From Mobula hypostoma (Eukaryota): DNA of 64,000 nt. This document shows positions 24,528 through 36,870 of this stretch, one piece after another. Each line of letters opens with the position of its first letter. Positions within the stretch are counted from its first letter, which is position 1. The DNA lies in NCBI RefSeq assembly GCF_963921235.1, contig NC_086097.1, forward strand, positions 2,480,001 through 2,544,000, given 5' to 3'. The position numbers and the translations under genes are program-made. The notes beneath the pieces are model-generated. The model ran no database searches. It saw only the letters and a list, made by a program, of their open reading frames with translations, and had not been told where the DNA came from.

Positions 24528-27500
24528 AGAAACATAGAAAACCTACAGCACAATACAGGCCCTACGGCCCACAATGCTGTGCCGAAATGTACTTACTTTA
24601 GAAATTACCAGGGTTACCCATAGACCACTCTTTCAAAGCTCCAGGTACCTATCCAGGAGCCTCTCAAAAGATCCTATCATATCCGCCTCCACCACAGTCG
24701 CTGACAGCCCATTCCACACACTCACCACTCTCTGCATAAAAAACTTACCCCTGACATCCCCTCTGTACCTACTTCCAAGCACCTTAAAACTATGCCCTCT
24801 CATGCTAGCCATTTCAGCCCTGGGAAAGAGCCTCTGACTATCCACACAATCAATGCCTCTCATCATCTTATACACCTCTATCAGGTCACCTCTCATCCTC
24901 CATTACTCCAAGGAGAAAAGGCCGAGTTCACTCAGCCTGTTCTCATAAGGCATGTTCCCCAATCCAGGCAACATCCTTGTAAATCTCCCCTGCACCTTTT
25001 CTATGGTTTCCACATCCTTCCTGTAGTGAGGCGACCAGAACTGAGCACAGTACTCCATGTGGGGTCTGACCAGGGTTCTATACAGCTGTAATATTACCTC
25101 TTGGCTCTTGAACTCAATCCCACGGCTGATGAAGGCCAATGTACTGTATGCACTGTATTACCATTAATGCTATGTTCTGCCATTGTATTTGACCTACCAA
25201 AATGAACCACCTCACACTTATCTAGGTTGAACTCTATCTGCCACTTTTCAGTCCAGTTTTGCATCCTACCAATGTCCCGCTGTAACCTCTGACAGCCCTC
25301 CACACTATCCACAACACCCCCAACCTTTGTGTAATCAGCAAATTTACTAACCCATCCCTCCACTTCCTTATCCAGGTCATTTATAAAAATCACGAAGGGA
25401 AGTGTCATGGTCCGGTCTGTGAAGTCCGCGTTCCGGTTCACGGTCCAGTCCGTGGACTTCGGACTCTGGGTCTTCCAACTGTCCCTTGTTTCAGTTGGGC
25501 TTTATCATAGGCACCTGATGCTCGTCTTGGGGCTGGGAATATAAGTGGCCCTGGGTTTGAATGTGGGTGCTGGTTTGTCTTGTCAGTATCCCGCCCTTGC
25601 CTCTGTGGGGTAAGCCAGGCAGTCTTTGCCATTCCCTGAGGCTGGACTGTTCCCTTCCCTTCCCCTTCCTTCTGAAGCCCTGCCTGCAACCTTCTCAAGT
25701 TCTACCACCAGAGCAAGACCGGAGCCTTGCTGTGTCAAGATAGGGACCTGTCTATCATTGAGTTGGAACTGTCTCTGTGCCCACGCCTTTGCTAGGTAGG
25801 TCCGGCCCTTTGCCACTACCTAGTGTTGGGAACCGTCTCGTAGTGTTCAGCATTCTATGTAGAGCCCTGGCCCCAAGTCCTGTTCCCAAGGAGGGGTTCC
25901 GGATCTGGGTTCCATGTCCCTGTGTTCCTGTCTCTCAAGTCCAAGGCTCCATGTTCCCGTGTTCTAGACCAAGGCTCTGTGTTCCTGTCCTCCCCAAGAC
26001 CAAGGCTCTGTGTTCTGCGTTCCTGTCATCCCAAGTCCAAGGTTCTGAGGTTCCTGTCGTCCCAAGTCCAAGGCTTGGCTGTTCCTGAGTACCAAGTCAA
26101 GGCTTCATGTTCTTGTCCTGTGCTGGAGTTCCCTCGTCCTGCCCAGGAGTCTCTCGTTCTGTCCTGTCTCCCAAGACCACGTCATGTCTTTGCCTAGTTC
26201 CGGAGTCCAAGCCCGAGTCAAGACCCAGGTTCTGGGTCCTTGTCCAGTCTCTGGCTCGGAGTCCGAACACAAGCCTCATCATGTCCTCGCCTTGAAGAAC
26301 ACAAACCTCGTCATGTCCTCGCCTCGAAGAACCCAAGCCATGTCCAGTCCTGTAGCCACATCATGCCCTCGCCTAGTTCCGGGGTCCAAGCCCGCGTCAA
26401 GACCCAGGTTCTGGGTCCTTGTCCAGTCTCCAGCTCCAAGTCCAAGCCCAGGCTCCTGGTTCCCAGTTCCCTGCCCTGGTCCTGCTTGCCTAACCAATGT
26501 CCTAGCCCAAGTCTGTGTTCTTGTCCCAGCTCCTAGTCTGCATCCAGGAAAGTCCTGTTCCTAGTACTTCATTGTCTGTGTCTTGCATTTGGGTCCGCTC
26601 CCAGCGCCCACCTTATGACTGGAAGAGTTTCTAGAACAGATCCCTGAGGCACACCACTGGTCACCAACCTTCATGCGGAATATGTGTCGCCTACAACCAC
26701 TCTTTGCCTTCTGTAGGCAAGCCAATTCTGGATCCACAAAGGAACAACCCCTTGGATCCCATGCCTCCTTACTTTCTCAATAAGCCTTGCATGGACTGCC
26801 TTATCAAATGCCTCGCTGAAATCCATATACACTACATCTACTGCTCTTCCTTCATCAATGTGTTCAGTCACATCCTCAAAAAAATTCAGTCAGGCTCGTA
26901 AGGCACAACCTGCCTTTGACAATGTCATGCTGACTATTCTGAATCATATTATGCCTCTCCAAATGTTCATAAATCCTGCCTCTCAGGATCATTTCCATCA
27001 ACTTACCAACCACTGAAGTAAGACTCACCGGTCTATAATTTCCTGGGCTGTCTCTACTCCCTTTCTTGAATAAGGGAAAAACTTCTGCAACCCTCCAATC
27101 CTCTGGAACTTCTCCCATCCCCATTGATGATGCAAAGATCATAGCCAGAGGCTCAGCAATCTCCTCTCTTGCCTTCCACAGTAGTCGACTGTATATCTTG
27201 TCTGGTCCCAGTGACTTATCCAACTTGATGCTTTCCAAAATCTACAGCACATCCTCTTTCTTAATGTCTATATTCTCAAGCTTTTCAGTCCACTGTAAGC
27301 CATCCCCACAATTGCCAAGGTCCTTTTCCATAGTGAATACTGGAAAGTATTCATTAAGTACATCCGCTTTCTCCTCCGGTTCCATATACATTTTTCCACT
27401 GTCACACTTGATTGGTCCTATTCTCTCACATCTTATCCTCTTGTTCTTCACATACTTGTAGAATGCCTTGGGGTTTTCCTTAATCCTGCTCGCCAAGGCC

Positions 27501-28660
27501 TTTTCATGGCCCCTTCTGGCTCTCCTAATTTCATTCTTGTTTCTTCCTGCTAGCCCTATACTCTTCTAGATTTCTATCATTACCTAGTTTTTTGAACCTT
27601 CTGTAAGCTTTTCTTTTCTTGTCTAGATTTTCAACAGCCTTTGTACACCACGGTTCCTGTACCCTATCATCCTTTCCATCTCATTGGAATGTACCTATGC
27701 AGAACACCACGCAAATATCCCCTGAACATTTGCCACATTTCTGTTGTACATTCCCCTGAGAACATCTATTCCCAATTTAGGCTTCCAAGTTGCTGCCTGA
27801 TAGCTTCATATTTCCCCTTACTCCAATTAAACATTTTAATAACTTGTCCGTTCCTATCCCTCTCCAATGCTATGGTAAAGGAGATAGAATTGTGATCACT
27901 ATCTCCAAAATGCTCTTCCACTGAGAGACCTGACACCTGACCAGGTTCATCTCCCAATACCAGATCAAGTACAGCCTCTCCTCTTGTCGGCTTATCTATA
28001 CATTGTGTGAGGAAATCCTTCCTGAACACACCTAATATACTCCACCTCAACTAAACCCCTTGCTTTGGGGAGATGCCAATCAATATCGGGGAAATTAAAT
28101 CACCCACCATGACAACCCTGTTATTATTACACCTTTCCAGAGTCTGTCTCCCTATCTGCTCTTCAATGTCCCTGTTACTATTGGGTGGTCTATAAAAACA
28201 CCCAGTAAAGTTATCGACCCCTTGCTTTTCCTAACTTTCACCCACAGAGACTCAGTAGACAATCCCTCCATGACTTCCACCTTTTCTGCAGCCATGACAC
28301 TATCTCTGATCAGCAGTGCCATGCCCCCACCTCTTTTGCCTCCCTCCGTGTGCTTTCTAAAACATCTAAAGCCTGGCACTCTAAGTAACCATTCCTGCCC
28401 CCGAGCCATCCAAGTCTCTGTAATGGCCACAACATCATAGCTCCAAGTATTGATCCATGCTCTAAGTTCATCCGCTTTGTTCATGATGTTGCTTACATTA
28501 AAATAGACTCATCTCAAACTACCAGTCCGAGTATATCCCTTCTCTAACACCTGCCTATCCTCCCTCTCACACTGTTTACAAGCTTTCTCGATTTGTGAGC
28601 CAACCGCCCCTTCCTCAGTCTCTTCTGTTCGGTTCCCACCCCCCAGCAGTTCCTGTTTAA
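24528..28660 (-). mobile_element. CR1 LINE, nearly complete decayed ORF2 (APE plus RT), interrupted by a solo LTR
   Basis: ORFs 28152-28484 (YDVVAITETW), 27766-28050 (LDLVLG...SDHN), 26876-27238, 26671-26871, 25094-25441 (KFADYTK), 24633-25139. Confidence 0.93.
25403..26620 (+). mobile_element. Solo LTR (probably Ty3/Gypsy-type) with internal tandem repeats
   Basis: Begins TGTCAT and ends ATGAC(T); 5-bp TSD GGAAG at 25398-25402 and 26621-26625; TATA-like aatataag at ~25538; splits the CR1 RT between VPQGSV and PFVIFIND. Confidence 0.85.
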
Positions 28661-28769
28661 ATCTTTAGACTGGGAAGAATCTTGTGCACCCAGAAGAAAG
28701 CAACACAGTCATGGAGAGAATGTTCAAACTCCTTACCGATGGCACTGGAATTGAACTCTGAACTTTGGA

Positions 28770-29003
28770 CGGTCGGAAGCCCATCTGCGAAAGTTCAGCA
28801 TGGAGCTATCAACCCCATCACATAAAAACCCAGAAGTACCAACAGAAACTCTGGAAACCTCATCCTTGGGAGAGGAAGAATCTGAAGTTGGGCTATACCT
28901 GGGGGCAACGTGAAAGAATGACCCAGGAGAGAGGACTCTGGTGAAGCAGCTGTTGGTGGCAGCCTACACCCCAGTAGGTGTGATGGGTGAAGATGAAGAA
29001 GAA
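28770..29003 (+). mobile_element. RTE-like LINE/SINE 3' fragment
   Basis: cccaggagagaggactctgg...gctgttggtggc resembles an RTE C-terminus (AQDR..WR..V..L); tail gaagatgaagaagaa. Confidence 0.45.
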
Positions 29004-29239
29004 TAAATCTTGGATCTTAATCATAACACTTCTGATCTGCAGGAATATTTGCCATTAGCATTTTAAGATACACTATGATGTCTTCCATATTTGGAAAAAA
29101 TAGATTAATTTATTTCTAAATACATTTGCCCCAATTTTTCATTCCCTCTTTCTAAAGACATATGTGCCTTACTGAGCTACAATACCACTGCACAACGACT
29201 CTGCTGGAAAAATACGCATGACTATTGTGGCCATTATTG

Positions 29240-31995
29240 AATCATGGCTGAAGGATGGTTGTAGTTGGGAGCTGAATGTCCAAGGTTACATGTTGTATCG
29301 GAGGGACAGGAAGGTCGGCAAAGGGGGTGGTAAAGAATGGCATCAAATCAGTAGAAAGATGTGACATAGAATCGCAAGATGTTGAATCCTTGTGGGTTGA
29401 ATTAAGAAACTGCAAGGGTAAAAGCACCCTGATGGCAGTTGTATACAGGCCTCCCAACAGTAGCTGGGATGTGTACTACAGATTCCAACGGGAAATAGAG
29501 AAGGTGTATCAAAAGGGCAATGTTATGATAGTCATGGCAGATTTCGACATGTGGGTCGATTGGGAAAATCAGGTTGGTAATGGATCTCAAGAGTGAGTTT
29601 GTTGAATGCCTACCAGTTGGCTTTTTAGAGCAGTTTGTTGTTGAGCTCACTAGGGGATCAGCTATACTGGACTGGGTGTTATATAATGAACCAGAGGTGA
29701 TTAGGGAGCTTAAGGTAAAAGAATCCTTAGGAACCAGTGATCACAATATGATTTGATAGGGAGAAAGTAAAGTCTGACATTTTTTCAGTAGAGTAAGGGA
29801 GTAAGTAAGTAGAGTAGAGGCAGTATTTCAGTGGAGTAAGGGAAATTACAGTGGTATGATAGAGGAGTTGGCCAAAGTAAATTGGAAGGAGCTGCTGGCA
29901 GGGATGTCAGCAAAGCAGCAATGGAGTGAGTTTCTGGGAAAAATGAGGAAGGTGCAGGACAGATGTATTCCAAAAATGAAGAAATACTCAAATGGCAAAA
30001 TAATACAACTGTGGCTGACAAGGGAAGTCAAAGCTAATGTAAAAACAAAAGAGAGAGCATACAACAAAGCAAAAATTAGTGCGAAGACAGAGGATTGGGA
30101 AGGTTTTAAAAACCTGTAGAGAGCAAGTAAAAGAAGGGAAAAGATGAAATATGAAAGCAAGCTAGCAAACAATATCAAAGTGGACAGTAAAAGCTGTTTC
30201 AATTATGTAAAAAAGTAAGAGAGATGAGAGTGAATACAGGACCACTAGACAATGAGGCCGCAGAAATAACAACAGTGGCAAAGATGATGGCAGATGAACT
30301 AAATGAGTATTTTATATCAGTCTTCACAGTGGAGGACACTAGCAGTGCATCAGATGTTGAAGGGTTTCAGGAAAGAGAAGTGAGTGCAGTTACTATTACA
30401 GAGGAGAAGGGGCTCAAAAAGCTGAAAGACCTAAGGGTACATAAATCACCCGGACCAGATGAACTGCACCATAGGGTTCTGAAAGAGATTGTGGAGGCAT
30501 TAGTAATGATCTTTCAAAAATCAGTGGACTCTGACATGGTGCTAGAGGACTGGAAAATTGCAAATGTCACTCCACTCTTTAAGAAAGGAGGAAGGCAGCA
30601 GAAAGAAAATTATAGACCAGTTAACCTGACCTCAGTGGTTGGGAAGATGATAGAATCAATCGTTAAGGATGAGGTGATGGAGTACTTGGTGACACAGGAC
30701 CAGATAGGACAAAGCCAGCATGGTTTCCTTCAGGGAAGATTCTGCCTGACGGACCTGTTGGAATTCTTCGTAGAGATTATATGTAGGATAGATAAAGGAG
30801 ATGTAGTGGATGTTATATATTTAGACTTTCAGAACGATTTTGACAATGTACCACACATGAGGCTGCTTACCAAGTTAAAAGCCCATGGTATTACAGGAAA
30901 GTTACTAACACGGTTAGAGCACTGTCTGATTGGTAGGAGGCAGCAAGTGGGAATAAAAGGATCCTTTTCTGGTTGGCTGCCAGTGATTAGTGATGTTCCA
31001 CAGGAATTGTTGTTGGGACCATTTCTTTTTATGCTGTATATCATTGATTTAGATGATGGAATAGATGGCATTATTGCCAAGTTTGCAGATGATACAAAGA
31101 TTTGTGGAGGGGCAGGTAGAGTTGAGGAAACAGGTAGGCTGCAGATGGACTTAGGCAGATTAAGAAAAAGGTTAAGAAAGTGGTAAATGAAATACAATGT
31201 TGGAAAATGCGTGCTCATGCACTTTGGTAGTAGAAATAAATGTGCAGATTATTTTCTAAATGGAGAAAATCCAAAAATATGAAATGCAAAGGCACTTGGG
31301 AGTCCTTGTGCAGAACAATCTAAAGGATAACTTGCAGGTTGAGTCGGTGGTGAGGAAGGCAAGTGCTATGTTAGCATTCATCCCAAGAAGTCTAGAATAC
31401 AAAACCAGCAATGTGATGCTGAGGCACTGGTGAGGCCTCACCTTGACTATTGTGAACAGTTTTGGGCTCCTCATCTGACAAAAGATGTGCTAGCATTGGA
31501 GAGGGTCCAGAGATGGTTCATAAGGATGATTCTGAGAATGAAAGGGTTATCATACAAGGAACATTTGATGGTTCTGGGTCTGTACTTGCTGGAATTTAGA
31601 AGGATGAGGGGGAATCTCATTGAAACTTTTTGAATGTTGAAAGGCCTAGAGAGAGTGAGTATGGAAAGGATGTTTCCCATGGTGGGGGAGTCTAGGACAA
31701 GAGGGCACAGCCTCAGGATGGAGGGTCATCCATTTAAAACAGAGATGTGGAAAAATTTATCAAGCCAGAGAGTGGTGAATTTGTGGAATTTATTACCACA
31801 GGCAGAGGTGGAGGCCAGGTCGTTGGGTGTACTTAATGCTGAGCTTGATAGGTTCTTGATTGGACATGGCATCATTCCTGGGAGAAGGCTGGGAATAGTC
31901 TTGAGGAAGGGAAAAGGGATCAGCCATGATGGAATGGTGGAGCAGACTCAATGGGCCAACTGGCCAAATCTTGCTGCTATGTATTATAGTCTTAT
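29240..31995 (+). mobile_element. CR1 LINE ORF2 (APE plus RT), decayed
   Basis: ORF 30224-31186 (320 aa of RT: KSPGPDELH, YLDFQNDFD, AKFADDTK), upstream VYRPPNS and SDHN motifs, CR1 3' tail. Confidence 0.93.
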
Positions 31996-33674
31996 GATCT
32001 ATTCTTCCACATAAACACTGACATGAATCTTATTTGACTGGTTAGTTATAGGGAGCTTTACAACCAAAATTATTCCCATGCTTAATCAATGGATTCATAA
32101 AAGATGAAGCAAAATTCTAGTCCTGATTGATTTCAAAGTTCAAATGTCCAAAATAAAATTTTATCAACATACATAGATGTCATTTTCTTGAAGGCATTCA
32201 TAATAAATACAAACAAACAATAGAATCAATGGAAAACCTCACTCGACAGAAATGGACAAACATCCAGTGTGTAAAAGATAACAAACTGTAAATATAAAAA
32301 AGGGAAAAATAACAATCAATAAATAAATAAACAAACAAACAAACAAGCAAGCAAGCACGAGTTATAGAGTCCTTAAAAGTGAGTCCATAGGTTGTGGATT
32401 CATTTCAGTTTTGGGGTGAGTGAAGTTACCCCCTCTGTTCAAGACCCTGATGGATGAGGAGTAATAACTGTTCCTGACCTGGTGATGTGGATCCTGAGGC
32501 AATGATGCCTCCTTCCTGATGGCAGAAGCCAGAAGGGAGCATGACCTGGATGGTGGAGGTTCCTGATGATGGATGCTGTTTTCCTGTGATGTCGCTCCAT
32601 GTAAACGTGCTCAACGGTTGGGAGGGCCTTATCTGTCATGGACTGGGTCTGCCCCATCAGTGAGCCACTTTGTGATCGGAGTAGCCAGCCAGTGTTTTGG
32701 TGGAGCCAGCTGGCGTGTCGGAGGAGCAGGACTGGATTTTGGAGGAGCTGCCCGCTACCCTAAGGGATCGGAGTGGATGCACGAAGGTGGTGAGCAGTGT
32801 AACCGTGGGTGATTGACTTGGACATCTCTCTTGCAATGTAAGATGCTGCAAGCCTGTTTCCCTTGTTTGGTGGTATGACAGGTGGCAGGGAAGCTGTGCA
32901 GCCTTGGTTATAGCGAACCGTGGGTTTGCCTGCTGGTGCAGTCCAGCAGGAGAGAAGCCGAAGGCAGCACAGAGTGGTGTCTGTGCTCGGCTGGGGGCGA
33001 GCCGCTCCCATCGCTGCTGCCCTCCAGTGTTCGATCGGTGAATTGCCAGGAACTACCATCAATGTGCGGGACACGTCTGTGAGGTTTCTTTTTGCTTGCT
33101 ATTTTGAAAGTGCTGCATATATTTTGCACCTTGGCTCCAGAGAATGCTGTTTTGTTCAGCTGTACCCATGTATGGTTGAATGATAATTATATTTGGCATG
33201 ATTTTGATTTTTTTGATTTGATTTACTACTTTCTGTATCTAACAAAATAGCTTAACGCTCGGTATAAACACCCAGCTTGACATTTTCCTGTAATATATAG
33301 TCTAATTTAGCACTGCACAGATTTCTCTGTAGACAATGGTACTCCAGCTTTTCTCAAATTTGGCTCCTTGTATATTTTGAAAAATAAAACAGAACATTTA
33401 GTGCATGGAATGAAAGATCAAGCTGGATGGATTTCCATCCTCGTATTGGGATACCACTGTTTGTTGGATGCATTAAAGACTTGGAGGATATTGTAGTGAA
33501 ATAAGATCACATACAAGAACAATGTCACAGTGGATTGTACACTGGCATTATCCTGTCACCTCTTACACCTGAATTCAAAGTAGAAACTCATTTCAAATGA
33601 GAGCAATGAGGCAAGTTAAAAGGTTTTAGTCATGGATTTATCAGATAGAAAAGAAAGTTGATGACTTTTCATTG

Positions 33675-34185
33675 TCGTAGAAAAGTACAGCATAGGAACA
33701 GGCCCTTTGACCCATGCTGAAACAATTTAAACTCTCTACTCCCATCGACCTGCACCAGGACCATAGCCCTCCATACCCCTACTATCAATGTACCTAAGCA
33801 AACTTCCCTTAAAAGTTGAAACTGAGCTCACACACACCACTTGTGCTGGCAGCTCACTCCACGCTCTGAGAGAAGTTGTTTCCCGTCATGTTCCTCATAA
33901 ATTTCTCACCTTTCATCTTCAACCCATGACCTCAAGTTATAGTGCCACCCAAACACAGTGGAAAAAGGCTGCTTGCATTTACCCTATCTATACCCCTCAT
34001 AATTTTGTATACCTCCAACAAATCTCCTCTCAATCTTCTATGTTCCAAGGAATAAAGTCCTAACTCAGTCCATCTTTCCTTATAACTCAGGTCCTTCAGT
34101 CCCAGCACCATCCTGTAATTTTCCCTGTACTCTTTCAACCTTATTTACATCTTTTCTGTAGGTAGCTGACCAAAACTGCACACAA
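33675..34185 (-). mobile_element. CR1 3' fragment (continues at ~37780-37830 after nested insertions)
   Basis: ORF 33932-34138: LYSLEHRRLRGDLLEVYKIMRG. Confidence 0.82.
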
Positions 34186-34344
34186 ATCAAATCAAATCAA
34201 ATTCAATTATCATTCAAATCATACGTGGACACAGCTGAGAGATACACCATTCCTCTGGGGCCACAGTGCAAAACATTCAAATTAGCAAGCAAACATTCAA
34301 AAATAGCAATTAACATAATTCAGAGTTACAAAATACACATGGAC

Positions 34345-35672
34345 TAAGATGTTAACTGTCCTGTGCTATCACCAGTGGGATCATCAGTTGATCTGCCACC
34401 TGTCTTCAGGAGTTTCGGCCCGCTTATGATCAAGACTCCCTCGAGGTGGTGGGCCAGCAGTGCTAAAGCACCTCCTCCCACTGGTGAGCTTAAAAACTTG
34501 GCATCTGCCTCTATCAGAGTTGTTGGTCACTTCCACCCAACAGATAGTCTACTCTTCAGGTGTCTATGCAACTACTGAAGGGTTTGCAAGATATGTATAC
34601 ACTGTCTGACTATCTGCCCCTCTGGACATACTTGGTCCACACCCATGCTGATCCTGTCTCTGCTGCCTCAGCTACAGCCCTGCTGGTTGACTTGATCTCT
34701 CTTCTAGTGAAGCTAAGGTCACACAGCCACTTCTGGAGAGTGAACGCGATAAACTCACGGCACCCTACTTCGAATGGATAGCATGAGACCTTCCACCCTC
34801 TGTCTCTGCACTCTGATCTTAACTCTGCATATTTGGTTAACTTGCGCTCATGGGCTTCATCGATGTTGTCTTCCCAGGGGATTGTGAGTTCACCAATAAC
34901 CGCTTCTCTACTGGTGTCAGACCATACGATTATATCTGGTTGCTGTGTAGGCTTTGTTTTCTTCAACTCAACCAAACCAAACCCGTACTTTCCAACATCG
35001 TAAATCATATCGCCCATCACTTCCAACTTTCTCTTTGATGTTCCCCTGAGCGTGTTCTCCAACATCATACTGATATCCTCATCAAATACACGCCAAGCCT
35101 TCTCATCTGCCATTGCTGGCCACTTGACCTTCCTCTTCTTCTCTACCTCCTCGCCACTGCCATCATGCCAAGAATCTACCTGGGTACTGTGGTCTGAAAC
35201 CTGACCTGGGTTATCTCTCGTCTGACCTGGAGTATGATCACTCTCTCCAGAGTAAATCGCTGTGGCTTGTGAATCAGTGGTTGAAAAGACCACATCATCT
35301 GTGCTTGGTGAAGTAATCTCATCTTCATCCACTGGGATGGAATAGCACTTCGACTTTGCTTGATGGACTCGCAAACCTTTAATGCTGGAAAACGCTCTCC
35401 CACACCAACACACTGGACACTGAGAACCTCTTATCCTAGCTCTTGGTCATAGTCGTTCCCTGTAATTAACTGTATCCGTCCGATTGGGTCCATCATTCTC
35501 CCTCCCTCTCGGAGGACCCCGAGGGTATGTTTCTCGGTGTAAACTAGAAGCTTCAAGAGGTGGGTGCTCTTCTGAGCTGGTGCCCGGACTGCCAATCCCG
35601 ACACCCCCGGTGCCAGTCTTTCCTGGCTGTCCGCTGTCTCTCCACGCTGTCACCCGACTATTCCTGGTTGCC
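34345..35672 (-). mobile_element. HERO-clade (R2-like, REL endonuclease) non-LTR retrotransposon, RT internally deleted
   Basis: ORF 34610-35413: CWCGRAFSSIKGLRVHQAKSKC zinc finger and KVKWP...W..FDED region joined directly to PDIIVWS...ELTIPWE...AHERKLTKY...PFEVGCR (PD-(D/E)xK REL nuclease); upstream in-frame segment 35447-35674 separated by one TGA. Confidence 0.85.
34369..34487 (-). ncRNA. Non-circularly permuted (pseudoknotted) hammerhead ribozyme candidate in the HERO 3' UTR
   Basis: Core CUGAUGA (34387-34381), GAAA (34416-34413), GUC (34436-34434); helices UUGAUC/GAUCAA, GGCCC/GGGCC, GGAGU/ACUCC, CCACCU/AGGUGG and 12-bp UCACCAGUGGGA/UCCCACUGGUGA all perfectly complementary. Confidence 0.8.
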
Positions 35673-35674
35673 AA

Positions 35675-36870
35675 AATACTTTATACTTTATTGTCGCCAA
35701 ACAATTGATACCAGAATGTACAATCATCACAGCGATATTTGATTCTGCGCTTCCCGCTCCCTGGATTACAAATCAATAGTAAATATTAAAAATTTAAATT
35801 ATAAATCATAAATAGAAAATAGAAAAAACAGAAAGTAAGGTAGTGCAAAAAAACTGACAGGCAGGTCCGTATATTTGGAGGCTACGGCCCAGATCCGGGT
35901 CAGGATCCGTTCAGCAGTCTTATCACAGTTGGAAAGAAGCTGTTCCCAAATCTGGCCGCACGAGTCTTCAAGCTCCTGAGCCTTCTCCCGGAGGGAAGAA
36001 TGATGAAAAATGTGTTGGCTGGGTGGGTCGTGTCCTTGATTATCCTGGTAGCACTGCTCCAACAGCGTGCGGTGTAAAGTGAGTCCAAGGACGGAAGATT
36101 GGTTTGTGTGATGTGCTGCGCCATGTTCACGATCTTCTGCAGCTTCTTTCGGTCTTGGACAGGACAACTTCCATACCAGGTTGTGATGCACCCTAGAAGA
36201 ATGCTTTCTACAGTGTGTCTATAAAAATTAGTTAGGGTTTTAGGGGACAGGCCAAATTTCTTTAGTTTTCTCAGGAAGTAAAGGCGCTGGTGGGCCTTCT
36301 TGGCAGTGGACTTTGCTTAGTCGGACCAAGTCAGGTCATTTGTGATATTGACCCCGAGGAACTTAAAGCTTTTGACCTGTTCCACTTGCACACCACCAAT
36401 GTAAATTGGGTCGTGCAGTCCGCTACTTCTTCTGAAGTCAACAACCAATTCCTTCGTCTTGCTGACGTTGAGGGATAGGTTATTGCCTTCGCACCATGCC
36501 ACCAGATTCTTAATTTCCTCTCTGTACTCAAACTCATCATTACCCAAGATATGGCCTACAATTGTTGTGTCATCAGCAAACTTATATATTTGAGTTCGAT
36601 GGAAACTTGGCTACAAAATCATGGGTGTGTAGTGAGTACAGCAGGGGGCTGAGTACACAGCCTTGTGGGACACCGGTGCTCAGAGTGATTGTAGAGGAGA
36701 GCTTGTCCCCTATTTTTGCAGCCTGGGTCCTGTCTGTGAGGAAGTTGAAGATCCAGCTGCAGATCTGAGTGCTAAGGCCCAGGTTCTGGAGCTTAGGAAT
36801 CAGTTTATTTGGAATGATGGTATTAAAGGCAGAGCTGTAGTCAATGAAAAGGAGCCTTACGTATGCGTAA
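35675..36870 (-). mobile_element. Rex1/Babar LINE, 5'-truncated RT to 3' tail
   Basis: [18 protein letters not shown]...[44 protein letters not shown]...NSFFPTVIRLLN; tail AATAAAGTATAAAGTA. Confidence 0.92.

Noticed and set aside
30224..31186. 320-aa RT ORF as an active or domesticated gene
   Set aside because: Flanked by stops and frameshifts, and conserved motifs are eroded (KAFD->NDFD, GVPQGS->DVPQEL); a decayed CR1
35500..35672. HDV-like ribozyme at the HERO 5' end
   Set aside because: Could not assemble the nested double pseudoknot by eye; the 5' end may be truncated
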